Assembly: GCA_030754595.1 (NCBI GenBank)
Contig: JASLZZ010000131.1
Span: 1-37,316, forward strand
Length of the DNA: 37,316 nucleotides
DNA from: Nitrospinota bacterium
GTDB lineage: Bacteria > UBA8248
Direction of reading: 5' to 3'
Numbering within the stretch: the stretch's first letter is position 1; each line of letters starts with the position of its first letter. The notes under the pieces were generated by a model. It did not search any database, had not been told where the DNA came from, and saw only the letters and a program-made list of their open reading frames with translations. Made by a program: the position numbers and the translations under genes. Of the stretch, positions 18,264 to 28,221 are shown one piece after another.

Positions 18264-18638
18264 TCAAAGCGAGGAGGAGAGGGTGAATCCCGCCCAGGCG
18301 GCGAAGAGCCCGCCAGCCAGCGAGAGGCCGATGTTGAGCGCCGCCGCCTGCCATCCTCCCTGCTGGATGAGCCGGAGGGTCTCGAGGCTGAACGTAGAGA
18401 AAGTGGTGAACCCGCCCAGTATGCCGACCATGACGACGAGGCGGGCCTGGACCGACATGAACTCCCGCTCGAACACGAGAAAGGCGATCCACCCGATGAT
18501 GAAGGAGCCGACGATGTTCACCGCCACGGTGGCGAGAGGAAACTCGATCCGCGTCAATCGCTGAACCGCAATCGTCGTGCCGTAGCGCATCATGCTGCCC
18601 ACCGCTCCGCCGATCGCCACCCATACCCAATCGAACAT
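18264..18638 (-). CDS. crcB: Fluoride efflux channel CrcB/FluC
   Basis: GGAVGSMMRY, FPLATVAVNIVGSF, GILGGFTTFSTFSLET. Confidence 0.93.
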   Translation of the reverse strand: MFDWVWVAIGGAVGSMMRYGTTIAVQRLTRIEFPLATVAVNIVGSFIIGWIAFLVFEREFMSVQARLVVMVGILGGFTTFSTFSLETLRLIQQGGWQAAALNIGLSLAGGLFAAWAGFTLSSSL

Positions 18639-18897
18639 CAACCCTCCCGCAAAACCGCGCCAGCCCTCCGGCGGTTTGCGCCGCCTGACCGGATATTTTC
18701 GCCAATTCAGTCAAAAAAACGCATCAAAATCGCACTTTTTTCATTTTCGGGCAAGCACAAGTGAAATTTTCACTTCCGCGGGGGAACCGCGGATGCTTCG
18801 GAGAAGGTGGGCCGGGACCATATTTTTGTAGTAAGGCGGGCGCGGAACAGGCCCAAACGGAATGCCGGGCCGTTTGAAGCAAAAAAGGAGATAGACG

Positions 18898-19128
18898 ATG
18901 GTTGTCAGCGATATTGCCCATCAGGAAAAAAAATCTAGCGACATGAGCGATTGGCCGTTAAGCCACTGGCCTGTAATGGCTTCTCCGGGAATGCTTGGGC
19001 CGCAAAAAGAGGCCGGCGAAATACCGGGGTTGGATAGCAACGAAGCGCAAAGGATTCCAAGCTGGATGGTTTATTTGATTCAGTCCCTGGAAGAGGAAGA
19101 GGCCCGGCGGATCGCCCTTTCCGGGTGA
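18898..19128 (+). CDS. Small hypothetical protein, paralogue A of the PxWMxxLIxSL pair
   Basis: AAGGAG RBS; 76 aa; C-terminal IPSWMVYLIQSLEEEEARR matches the neighbouring ORF. Confidence 0.65.
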   Translation: MVVSDIAHQEKKSSDMSDWPLSHWPVMASPGMLGPQKEAGEIPGLDSNEAQRIPSWMVYLIQSLEEEEARRIALSG

Positions 19129-19344
19129 TTTTCGGTCCACGAAACCAGTTCAATCAGCCTCGGTTGCAATTTAAATTGGATAATTTTTTTCTATTTGTGG
19201 AGTATTTCACACTTGCCGGGTAACCGTGGATGCATCCTCCACCATCCTCCGGGCGCATATTGATCGACAGGCGGTGTTTTTTGAAGTGGCCGTGGATTTT
19301 TTTCGCTGCTGCCAGTCAGCCGCTGCCAGTGGAGGGGCTGGAAA

Positions 19345-19572
19345 ATGGAGTCTCCGAATTCTCCGGAATCAACCAATCGAAACCGCGCCGGGCGCCGGCG
19401 GGCCCGGCCGGGCGAGAGCGGGAAGGAGCCGCACGAACCCGGAAAGGACAAGGACCGGGCGGAGAAACCCGACTCGCCCCGTCAGAAAGGCCCAGACATG
19501 CCCGATTGGATGCGCAGTCTCATCCGCTCGTTAAAGGATGAAGAGGACCGGAAGAAAAAAGACAGCGATTAG
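19345..19572 (+). CDS. Small hypothetical protein, paralogue B of the PxWMxxLIxSL pair
   Basis: GGAGGGG RBS; 75 aa; charged, disordered-looking N-terminus; C-terminal MPDWMRSLIRSLKDEEDRK. Confidence 0.65.
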   Translation: MESPNSPESTNRNRAGRRRARPGESGKEPHEPGKDKDRAEKPDSPRQKGPDMPDWMRSLIRSLKDEEDRKKKDSD

Positions 19573-19651
19573 CGCCCTTTTTTCCCGGACCCGGCAGTCC
19601 GCCCCGGACCCGCCCCTTTCGCCCTGGCCGGGGAGTCTCTAGAATCGGGCC

Positions 19652-20884
19652 ATGGCCTATACCCCCTTCACCCAGCCGATAGCGGCGAACTGGCGAGAAA
19701 CCATCCGCGAGGACTTGCGGGCGCTCTCGGACCGTGATTTGCGCCGCCGCCTCAGGACCCTCTCGGGCGCCCATGGGCCGGTGATGCGATTCGAGGGCCG
19801 GGAGGTCATCCACCTCGCCGGCAACAACTATCTCGGTCTTGCCGATCATCCCCTGCTGGCCGCCGCCGCCGCTGAGGCCGCCGAAAGATGGGGCGCGAGC
19901 GCCGCCGCGAGCCCGCTCATCTCGGGCCATATGGAGCCCCACGAAACCCTTTCCCGTAAAATCGCCCGGTTCAAGGATAAGGAATCGGCCCTTCTTTTCG
20001 GGTCGGGCTTTTTGGCGAACGCCGGCCTGATTCCCGCTCTCGCCGGAGAGGGGGACGCGGTGTTCAGCGACCGCCTCAACCACGCGAGCATCGCCGCCGG
20101 CTGCCGTCTCAGCCGAGCGCCGGTCCAGGTCTTCGCCCACAACGATATGAACGACCTTGAGGAACGCCTGAAAAAAGCGGCAAACGCGAGGCGGCGCCTC
20201 ATCGCCGTGGACGGCGTATTCAGCATGGACGGCGACCTGGCCCCGCTCGGCGATCTGGCCGACCTCGCCGAAAGGTACGATGCGATTCTCCTCGTGGACG
20301 AGGCGCACGCGACGGGCGTCCTCGGCCCCCGGGGGAGCGGCGCGGCGGCCCGCCTCGGCGTTCAGGAGCGCGTGGGCGTCTCGATGGGAACGCTGGGAAA
20401 AGCGCTCGCCTCCTACGGCGCGTTCGCCTGCTCGGAAGGGGAGGTGATCGATTACCTGGTGAACCTGGCGAGAACGTTCATCTACTCCACCGCGCTTCCG
20501 CCCGCCGCGCTGGCGGCCGCGGGGGCCGCGCTCGATCTGGCGGCGGGCGAGGAGGGGGACCGGCGGCGGGAGCGTCTGGCCGCCCTGTGCCGGAGGTTTC
20601 GCGCGGGGCTCGAGCGAATCAGCTTCGAGGCGCCGCCCGTTGTGGACAGTGCCGAAGTTCCGATCTTTCCGATCATCGTCGGCGATGCGGCCGAAGCCCT
20701 CGCTCTGGCCGATCACATGCTCGCCGCCGGCGTATTTTTACTGGCCATCCGCCCGCCGACCGTTCCCGAGGGGACGAGCCGCCTGCGGGCGACGCTCATG
20801 GCCACCCACACGGACGCGCAGATCGACACCGCCCTCGACGCGATCGAGAGCGGGGCGAGGAAGCTGGGTCTCGGCGTCCGCTAG
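19652..20884 (+). CDS. bioF: 8-amino-7-oxononanoate synthase
   Basis: NNYLGLA, SDRLNHASI, DGVFSMDGD, VDEAHA, GTLGKA (PLP Lys), IYSTALPP, AIRPPTVPEGTSRLR. Confidence 0.88.
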   Translation: MAYTPFTQPIAANWRETIREDLRALSDRDLRRRLRTLSGAHGPVMRFEGREVIHLAGNNYLGLADHPLLAAAAAEAAERWGASAAASPLISGHMEPHETLSRKIARFKDKESALLFGSGFLANAGLIPALAGEGDAVFSDRLNHASIAAGCRLSRAPVQVFAHNDMNDLEERLKKAANARRRLIAVDGVFSMDGDLAPLGDLADLAERYDAILLVDEAHATGVLGPRGSGAAARLGVQERVGVSMGTLGKALASYGAFACSEGEVIDYLVNLARTFIYSTALPPAALAAAGAALDLAAGEEGDRRRERLAALCRRFRAGLERISFEAPPVVDSAEVPIFPIIVGDAAEALALADHMLAAGVFLLAIRPPTVPEGTSRLRATLMATHTDAQIDTALDAIESGARKLGLGVR

Positions 20885-20929
20885 GGCCGGGGTGGCGGAT
20901 TTTCTTTTCACGAGGAAGGGAGACCCGAA

Positions 20930-21922
20930 TTGGCCGGAACACCCGTCATCACCGTGCACCACCATTTCATGCCCCGGGCGGTTTACGAGAAATACGAGCC
21001 CCCCCCGGGAGGAGAATCATCGAAGAGGATTTTTATTTTACGTTCAACCCCATCCTTCACGACGTGGATACCCACCTTGGGGCGCTGGACTAGGCCGGCG
21101 TGGACGCGACGGTGATCCACCTCGCTCAGTGGAACAAGAAGGGCGTCGGCGTGTGCCGCGAGCTGAACGACGGTTTCGCCGAGCTGGCGCAGGAGCACCC
21201 GGACCGGTTTATTCCCTGTGTCCACCTTCCCCTGTCCGGCGGCGCGGAGGCGATCGCCGAGCTTGATCGGGCGGCCGGTATGGGTTTCCGGGCGGTAGCG
21301 CTCCTCTCCTCGGAGGGGGGGGGTTCACCTGGCCACCGAGGAGGTCAGGCCCCTTTTCGCCCGGATCGCCGAGCTGGGGCTCGCGATTTTGATTCATCCC
21401 TCGATGCGCCCCATGGGGGCGGCGATGGATTTCGATCTGGTGGCCAGCGTCGAGCAGGCGGCGGACATCACCCGCGCGACGGTCAGGGCGATGTACGGGG
21501 TGCTCCCCCATTTCCCCGATCTCCGCTTCGTCATGCCCCACCACGGAGGGGCGGTCCCCTTTCTGAAGGGACGCCTTCAGATGTTCTTCAAGCCCGAGGG
21601 CATCGAGATCCCGGACGAAATCAAGCTCCTACCCGTCTCGCCCCTCGAGCGGGAGCGGCTGGGCCTCGACGAGCCTTTCGAGGAGCTCTTCGGGAAAATT
21701 TATTTCGACACGGCGGGATTCGGCGGCTGGATGCCCGCCACCCGCGCGGCCCTCTTGACGACGAGTCCGCGGCGTCTTTGCCTGGGGATGGACTACCCGC
21801 AGGAGGTTCACAACGGCGCCGAAATCGGGTTATTCGTGGAGGCCATTCGCGCCCTAGACCTTCCGCCCGAGGATATCGACGCCATCCTGGGCGGAAACAC
21901 GGCCGAAGTGCTCGAACTTTAA
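20930..21922 (+). pseudogene. Amidohydrolase_2 family (ACMSD-like) protein, disrupted
   Basis: VHHHFMP, CRELNDGFAE, IHP, PHHGGAVPF, IYFDTAG, GMDYP; frameshifts at the C8 run (20999-21006) and G9 run (21315-21323) plus TAG at 21091-21093. Confidence 0.75.
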
Positions 21923-22081
21923 TTCCCGGGCTCTAGCCCACGGGCAATACCCCTTCCGGCTCACCGGCGGCTCCGATTTCGGGGCCATTGTCCCCGCGTC
22001 TATCTTCGGTTATATCGGTTTGCCGCCTCGGGTGCGTTTTGATTCACGCCGCTTTCCGAAACATGCACCGGAGATTGATGA

Positions 22082-22677
22082 ATGCCGAAATCGAAGCGGA
22101 GAAAAACCCGGGGAGGGCAGGGAAAGAAAAGCGGGGTGAGCGGAAACACGATCGCCGCCGTGATCGCCGCCGTGATCATCGCCGGTGGAGGGTACTCTTG
22201 GTGGAGTTCGGGCCGGACCGAGGTGGCATTCATGGAAGACGTGGCCTCCGGGAAATCGATCCTCTCGAAGGTCAAGACCATACCCGCCGCCGGCACCACC
22301 CACCTTCGGCCAGGCGAGAATTACAACTATCCCGATATCTTCCCGACCTCGGGGCCTCATGCCTCCCGGGGAACGCCGGCGGGTTTCTACGACAGCCCGC
22401 AGCGGGCGACGGGGCTGGTTCACGCGCTCGAGCACGGGAACATCGTTTTTACTACGACAAGCCCGGCGAGAAGGCGCTCGAGGCCCTGAGCTCGTGGACC
22501 GCTCTGTACCCGGGGGCCTGGGACGGGGTGATCGCGTCGAAGATGGCCGGAATCGGGGACTTCGTGGTGCTCACGGCGTGGACCAAGCGCCTCAATCTCG
22601 AGCGGTTCGACCGGGCCGCCGCCGCCGCGTTTATCGATCTGTTTCGAGGCCGGGGGCCTGAGCACCCGGTTCGCTGA
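22082..22677 (+). pseudogene. DUF3105-domain protein with one frameshift
   Basis: PTSGPH, LVHALEHGNIV, VLTAW, GPE motifs; one T missing from the T5 run 22446-22450. Confidence 0.75.
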
Positions 22678-22849
22678 GAGCGCCGGGGTAAAATCCATTT
22701 CCGGGGGGGGGAATTTACCGCGTCCTTCGGGTTAGTCATTATGGTGGTTTTATTTCGGGTGGGCGGCGGGGCCTCTCTCGTTCAGAACCATATTCTCATT
22801 CCAAAAGCGCTTTAACTCTCACCAAGGGCCCTGCTGCCTGTGTGCCCGT

Positions 22850-23278
22850 CTACCCGTGGGTTATCCAGATTCCCAGCAGGACGACTACCGCCGCGAGGAT
22901 GAGGTTGAGCGTCAGGTAGGTTTCGCGCTTCGCCTTCATCGCCTCGAAGCCGGTCTTCATCGTCAGGGCGACACCGATGAAAACAATGATCAGGGCGAGG
23001 ACGATCTTGACGATGAGCAAGTCCGGAATGCCCACCCCGGTCCGGATGAGCCGGGTGATGTGGTGTATCCCGGTGAGGATGAGCATGGCGAAGGAGCCGT
23101 GCAGGATGGGGACGAATCTCGCGCGGAGCGCCTGCATGCAGTTTTGTTTTTGATCCTCTGGCAGGCTCTCGGCGTAGGGGAGTGCCGCGAACCGGAAGAA
23201 AGCCACGCCGCCGACGGCGAGGATGGCGCTGATGACGTGAACAGTGGTGACGAAAATATTCCCGATGCTGTAGTTCAT
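22850..23278 (-). CDS. Four-TM membrane protein (CopD/DUF4149-like)
   Basis: GGAGG RBS before ATG 23278; HVISAILAVGG, LILTG, KIVLALII patterns. Confidence 0.65.
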   Translation of the reverse strand: MNYSIGNIFVTTVHVISAILAVGGVAFFRFAALPYAESLPEDQKQNCMQALRARFVPILHGSFAMLILTGIHHITRLIRTGVGIPDLLIVKIVLALIIVFIGVALTMKTGFEAMKAKRETYLTLNLILAAVVVLLGIWITHG

Positions 23279-23385
23279 ATTTCCTCCATGCGCCGGGTCT
23301 TCAATGCGGTCTGCTCCGGTATCTTGGGGATTGCCGGATATCGGTGCAAATGGTCCTTTGGGCCGTGGAGCGCTCCCCCGCGGGG

Positions 23386-24090
23386 TCAGAGGTCCCCGGT
23401 CTCCGGTTCCCGGCTCAGCGTGCCGAGGGTCTCGGCGACCCGGAGCCGGGGCTCGCTGACGCGCTGGATGTCCTCGGCGGTGAGGCCCGCCGCCACCTCG
23501 CGGAGCAGGGGGCCTTCCCCGGTGAATTCGATGAAAGCGATGTCGGTGAAAAGTTTTCCGACGACGCTTGTGGCCGTGAGCGGGTAGGTGCACTCCTCGA
23601 GCAGCTTGAGCCCGCCGTCTTTCATGAGATGGGTCATGGTGGCGAACACCTGTCGGGCCCCGGCGGCGAGGTCCATCGCCCCGCCGATGCCGCCCTTTCC
23701 GGCTCCGGGCACGGTCCAGTTCGCCAGGTCACCCCGGGCGGAGACCTGGAGAGCGCCGAGGACGGCGATGTCCACGTGGCCTCCCCGGATCATGGCGAAA
23801 GAATCGGCGTGGCCGAACATCGAGGCGCCCGGAACCGCCGTCACCGGCTCGCGCGAGGCGTTGATCAGGTCCCAGTCCTCCTCGCCGGGGGCGGGGCGCG
23901 GCCCCGCGCCGAGGATTCCGTTCTCGGCCATGAACATCACCCCTCGCCCGGGCTCGACGTAGTTGGCCACCTGAGTCGGAACGCCAATTCCCAGATTCAC
24001 GGCGCCGCCGGGGGGAATCTCCCGGGCGACGCGCCGGGCGATGTCGGCGGGCGCGAGAGCGGCCGCCTTAAGTTTCGGATCGGAGTTCAA
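23386..24090 (-). CDS. 3-oxoacid CoA-transferase subunit B
   Basis: VNLGIGVPT, MAENG (catalytic Glu), SFAMIRGGHVD, GDLANW, GGAMDL, CTYPLTA; TTG start inferred from the RBS. Confidence 0.9.
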   Translation of the reverse strand: MNSDPKLKAAALAPADIARRVAREIPPGGAVNLGIGVPTQVANYVEPGRGVMFMAENGILGAGPRPAPGEEDWDLINASREPVTAVPGASMFGHADSFAMIRGGHVDIAVLGALQVSARGDLANWTVPGAGKGGIGGAMDLAAGARQVFATMTHLMKDGGLKLLEECTYPLTATSVVGKLFTDIAFIEFTGEGPLLREVAAGLTAEDIQRVSEPRLRVAETLGTLSREPETGDL

Positions 24091-24793
24091 GGTCTTCTCC
24101 CAGAACGACACGGTTGACGTAGATGCTCGGGGTATGAACGGTCTCGGGGGCGATCTCGCCCGGCTCGACAACGGCCTCGACCTCGGCGATGGTCAGCGGC
24201 GCGGCGGCGGCCATGACCGGGTTGAAGTTGGCGGCGGTGCCCCGGTAGACGAGGTTGCCCAGCCGATCGGCCTTGTGGGCCTTGATGATCGCCACGTCGC
24301 CGGGCAGGGCGCGCTCGAGGAGGGTCTCCCGGCCGCCGAAGCTGCGCGACTCCTTACCCTCGGCCGCCTGGGTGCCCACCCCGGTCGGGGTGAAGAAGGC
24401 CGGGATACCCGCGCCCGCCGCCCGGATGCGCTCGGCCATCGTCCCCTGGGGGATTTGCTCGAGTTCGATTTTTCCGGCCATGTAGAGTTCGCGGAAGACG
24501 AAGGCGCTCCGGTGAAAAGCGTAGGTGCAGATCAGCTTTCGCACCTTTCCCTGCCGCAGGAGAACGGCGAGCCCGTGCTCGCCGAAACCGGCGTGGTTGG
24601 TGACGATGGTCAGCTCCCGGGCCGGGTGGTCCGCCATCGCCACGAGGAGGTTTTCGGGAACGCCCACCCCGCCGAAGCCGCCGAGGAGGATGGTCGCCCC
24701 GTCGGGGATGCCTGAGACGGCGGCGGCCGAGCCCGAAAATACTTTATCTCTCGTGAGGGGGGGTCCTTCCGGCACCGGGTGAATTCCTCTCAA
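24068..24793 (-). CDS. 3-oxoacid CoA-transferase subunit A
   Basis: GGFGGVGVPENL, PQGTMAERIRAAGAGIPAFFTPTG, ADRLGNL, NFNPVMA, VHTPSIYV; start uncertain. Confidence 0.9.
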   Translation of the reverse strand: MRGIHPVPEGPPLTRDKVFSGSAAAVSGIPDGATILLGGFGGVGVPENLLVAMADHPARELTIVTNHAGFGEHGLAVLLRQGKVRKLICTYAFHRSAFVFRELYMAGKIELEQIPQGTMAERIRAAGAGIPAFFTPTGVGTQAAEGKESRSFGGRETLLERALPGDVAIIKAHKADRLGNLVYRGTAANFNPVMAAAAPLTIAEVEAVVEPGEIAPETVHTPSIYVNRVVLGEDLELRSET

Positions 24794-24955
24794 GCAGATG
24801 AATGGGTCCGCTATTTATGCGCGATCGCCCCTGAAAAATCCAGGGCGGCGGCATTTGGCCGGCTTCCGGTTGCCTCCCCCGCCGGGCTGCCATAGAGTGC
24901 GGGCGCTCAACTTCACCCATCGATTATCGATTATCGAATACCGAATGAGGTATGC

Positions 24956-26527
24956 ATGTCGAAAGGCGGCGAAAAGGCTGCGGAGGGAAGCGGGGGCCTC
25001 AAGAGGTACTATCTTTATCTGTCGGTATTTCTCTCGGGCGGCGCGATCCTGGTGATTGAGATTGCGGCCGGGCGCGTCCTGGCGCCCCACTTCGGAAACA
25101 CCCTCTACACCTGGACGAGCATGATCGGAATCATCCTCGCCGCCCTGGCGGTGGGCTACGCGGCCGGCGGCCGGATGGCGGACCGCAACCCGAACGCCCG
25201 CATGTTTTTTCTCATCATGATCGCGGGAGCGGGGCTGGTGGCGCTGGTACCGGTGTTGCGGGCGGCGTTTCTGCCCGCCCTCGAAAAAGGACTGAGCCTT
25301 CGCTCGGGACCCATAATCGGCGGTCTGCTGCTCTTCGCCGCCCCGGGCTGCGTGCTCGCGGCGCTCACACCCTACGCGGTCAAGCTCTCCTCCAGGGGGT
25401 CGGATACCCTCGGCACGGTGACCGGGAACCTGTTCACCTGGTCCACCGCCGGGAGCATTTTCGGCACCTTCATCACCGGTTTTTTTCTGATCCCCGCCTT
25501 CGGGCTGAACGCCATCTTTTTATCCACCGCGATCGCGCTGGCTGTTGTGGGCGCCGCCGGGCTCTATCTGTATCCGCCGGACGTCGGTGGCAAGAAGGCA
25601 GACGCCAAGGCGCTCAAGGGCGTTTCGATCTTCGCCGGCCTCTGCGTCCTCGCCGGGGCGGCCTGGACCGGTAGTCCGCCCGGCCTCACGAAGGAGACGA
25701 TTCACTTCCGCGAGAACATGTACCACACCCTCCGGGTTATCGAGGGGGACCGGGAGGGCAAGCGAGTCCGCCAGCTTTTTCTCGACTACCAGCCCGAGGG
25801 GGCGATGGTGATCGGCGACGACCGATCCACCTTTTTCAAGTACACCCGCTACCTCGCGCTCGGCCCGGCGGCGGTTCCAGACATCCGGCGGATGTTTTTC
25901 ATCGGCGGCGGCGCGTTCACGATGCCCAAGGCGCTTCATCTGATGCGGCCCGAGGCCGAGATCGTTGTCGCCGAACTCGATCAGGACGTAATCGCGGTGG
26001 GCGAAAAATATTTCCGCCTCGATAAATATCCCCGCATCAAGGCGGTCAGCGGAGACGGAAGGCGCTCCCTCAAGCGCGCCAAAGGGAAGTGGGATTTCAT
26101 CGTCGGGGACGCCTACCGGGGGCTGAGGAACATTCCGGCCCATCTGGTGACGCGCGAGTTTTTCGCCGAGGCGCGGGACCGGCTCGCCCCCGGCGGGGCG
26201 ATGATGCTCAATCTCATCGCCGCCCGCTCGGGGCCCGGCGGCGCCCTTTACGCCTCGGTCTACAGGACGATGGCCCCGGTTTTTCCGGACCTCTGGGTGT
26301 TCAGTGTGGACCCCAAGCAGCCTGCCTACGCACAGAACATCCTCCTGCTCGCCTTCCGCGACCGCGACGCGGCCCGCCGCCGGAAGTTTTTAGAGCGGCT
26401 CGAGTCGGACCCGGAACTGAAGTTCGCCGCCGATTCGCGCGTTTCACCGCCCTCCCGGCGCAGCTACGGCCCGGTGATGACGGACGAGTACGCCCCGGTC
26501 GAGTATCTGATCAACCTGGGGCTTTAA
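24956..26527 (+). CDS. Fused MFS-like/spermidine synthase family protein
   Basis: N-terminal TM bundle (RVLAPHFGNTLYTW, STAGSIFGTF) plus a SAM-binding domain (IGGGAFT, ELD, DGR, DFIVGDAY, HLVTREF, TDEYAPVE). Confidence 0.88.
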   Translation: MSKGGEKAAEGSGGLKRYYLYLSVFLSGGAILVIEIAAGRVLAPHFGNTLYTWTSMIGIILAALAVGYAAGGRMADRNPNARMFFLIMIAGAGLVALVPVLRAAFLPALEKGLSLRSGPIIGGLLLFAAPGCVLAALTPYAVKLSSRGSDTLGTVTGNLFTWSTAGSIFGTFITGFFLIPAFGLNAIFLSTAIALAVVGAAGLYLYPPDVGGKKADAKALKGVSIFAGLCVLAGAAWTGSPPGLTKETIHFRENMYHTLRVIEGDREGKRVRQLFLDYQPEGAMVIGDDRSTFFKYTRYLALGPAAVPDIRRMFFIGGGAFTMPKALHLMRPEAEIVVAELDQDVIAVGEKYFRLDKYPRIKAVSGDGRRSLKRAKGKWDFIVGDAYRGLRNIPAHLVTREFFAEARDRLAPGGAMMLNLIAARSGPGGALYASVYRTMAPVFPDLWVFSVDPKQPAYAQNILLLAFRDRDAARRRKFLERLESDPELKFAADSRVSPPSRRSYGPVMTDEYAPVEYLINLGL

Positions 26528-26585
26528 GGCCCTTTAACCGGTATCCACCGCCCGCGCGGCGGCGGAACAAAACAAAGGACTCATC

Positions 26586-27647
26586 ATGGCCAGACACAAT
26601 ATCGCCTTGCTCCCCGGAGACGGTATCGGAGGCGAAGTCGTCAACGAAGGCGTCAGGGCCCTTAAGGCGCTATCGAAACTAGAGCGTGGCCTCCGCTTCG
26701 ATTTCACCCGCTACCCCTGGGGGAGCGATTACTACCAAAAGAACGGCCGGATGGCGCCGGAGGATTTTCTCGACAAGCTGGCCGGGCACGACACTATACT
26801 GCTCGGCGCGGTCGGGCGCCCCGACATCCCCGACCACATCACCCTCCAGCAGCTTCTCCTGCCGATACGCCGGGCGTTCGATCTCTATATCAACGTGAGG
26901 CCGATCATTTTGTTCGAGGGGCTCGAGGCGCCGCTCAAGGGCTACGGGCCCGGCGACATCGATATTCTCTTTTTCCGAGAAAACACCGAGGGCGAATACA
27001 GCCCCGCCGGCGGGCGGCACTACGAGGGGTTTCCGGCCGAGGTGGCGAACCAGAACGTGATCTTCACCCGCCGGGGCTGCGAGCGGATCATCACGGCGGC
27101 CTTCGAGGCCGCCCGGGGGCGCAAACGAAAACACGTCACCAACGTCACGAAATCGAACGCCCAGGGCTACACGCTGGTGCTTTGGGACGAGGTTTTCGAG
27201 GATGTGGCCGCGCGCCCGCGCTACAAAAAGATCAAGACCGCCAAATTCCTCGTGGACGCCGCGGCGCTCGAGTTCGTCCGGCGGCCCGATATTTTCGACG
27301 TGGTGGTGGCGAGCAACCTGTTCGCCGATATCCTGACCGACCTGGGCGCGGGCATCGTCGGTGGGCTCGGGGTCGCGCCGAGCGCGAACATCGGCGACGG
27401 CGACTTTCCGGGTTTTTTTGAGCCGGTCCACGGCTCAGCGCCCGACATCATGGGCAAGGGCATAGCCAATCCGGTGGCGACGCTCTTCGCCGCCGCGATG
27501 ATGCTCGAGCACCTGGGCGAGGAGCGTGCGGCCTGGAGACTCGACACCGCCGTGCGCGAGCACCTGGCGGGCGGGCGCCGCACCGCCGACCTCGGCGGCG
27601 AAGCCAACACGCGCCAGGCCGCCAACGACATCATCAAACGGCTCTAG
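26586..27647 (+). CDS. Tartrate/D-malate dehydrogenase-like enzyme (isocitrate/isopropylmalate dehydrogenase family)
   Basis: PGDGIG, RENTEGEY, VTKSNAQ, SNLFADILTDL, FEPVHGSAPDI. Confidence 0.85.
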   Translation: MARHNIALLPGDGIGGEVVNEGVRALKALSKLERGLRFDFTRYPWGSDYYQKNGRMAPEDFLDKLAGHDTILLGAVGRPDIPDHITLQQLLLPIRRAFDLYINVRPIILFEGLEAPLKGYGPGDIDILFFRENTEGEYSPAGGRHYEGFPAEVANQNVIFTRRGCERIITAAFEAARGRKRKHVTNVTKSNAQGYTLVLWDEVFEDVAARPRYKKIKTAKFLVDAAALEFVRRPDIFDVVVASNLFADILTDLGAGIVGGLGVAPSANIGDGDFPGFFEPVHGSAPDIMGKGIANPVATLFAAAMMLEHLGEERAAWRLDTAVREHLAGGRRTADLGGEANTRQAANDIIKRL

Positions 27648-27677
27648 GGAGCGACATACTCCAGGGAGGGCGCGGCC

Positions 27678-28202
27678 ATTTCCATCACAACCGGGCGCGG
27701 CGACGACGGGGACACTGATCTCTGGTTCGGCGACCGGGCGGGGAAGAGTTCGCCCAGCGTCGAGGCGCTGGGGGCCTTCGATGAGGCGAGGGCGGCCCTC
27801 GGGATGGGGCGCTCTCTCGCACCCGAGTGGATGAAACCCGAAATCCTCCGGATCCAAAAAGATCTTTTCACCGCCTCGAGCGAGGTGGCGACGCTGCGGG
27901 GCAAGGCGGATCGCCTCAAGGAGCGCATCGGCCCGGACCGAGTCCGGTGGGCGGAGTCGCAAATCGCCCGCTACGAAAAAGTCATCCAAATCAACGACTG
28001 GGCGATCCCCGGGGAGTCGCCTCCGGGCGCGGCCCTCGATCTCGCCACGACGATCCTCCGCCGCGCCGAGCGCCGGCTCGTGGGACTCGAGGAGTCGGGC
28101 CTCATCGACAACCGGGAGCTCCTCGTCTTCGTGAACCGCCTCTCGGACCTCGTGTTTCTCATGGCCCGCGCCGCCGACCGGGAGGTCGAGGTGGGGGAAT
28201 AG
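27678..28202 (+). CDS. PduO-type ATP:cob(I)alamin adenosyltransferase with ATT at the expected start position
   Basis: The frame upstream of ORF 27804 is open and reads (I/M)SITTGRGDDGDTDL...EALGAFDE, then RRAER and NRLSDLVFLMAR; GGAGGG at 27665-27670. Confidence 0.75.
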   Translation: MSITTGRGDDGDTDLWFGDRAGKSSPSVEALGAFDEARAALGMGRSLAPEWMKPEILRIQKDLFTASSEVATLRGKADRLKERIGPDRVRWAESQIARYEKVIQINDWAIPGESPPGAALDLATTILRRAERRLVGLEESGLIDNRELLVFVNRLSDLVFLMARAADREVEVGE

Positions 28203-28221
28203 AAGTAAGGGTGGCGATTCG

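Noticed and set aside
18639..18897. Fluoride riboswitch upstream of crcB
   Set aside because: I could not find the GGxGATGG...GCTRATGAC-type consensus on the minus strand; an Rfam search would settle it.
21091..21093. In-frame TAG as pyrrolysine or stop-codon reassignment
   Set aside because: Non-catalytic position (LD-x-AGVD) in a gene that also has two frameshifts; TAG terminates many intact genes here; no pyl genes seen.
17997..22450. Homopolymer frameshifts as programmed phase variation
   Set aside because: The runs are short (5-9 nt), scattered in unrelated metabolic and transport genes, and cannot be told apart from read error without raw data.
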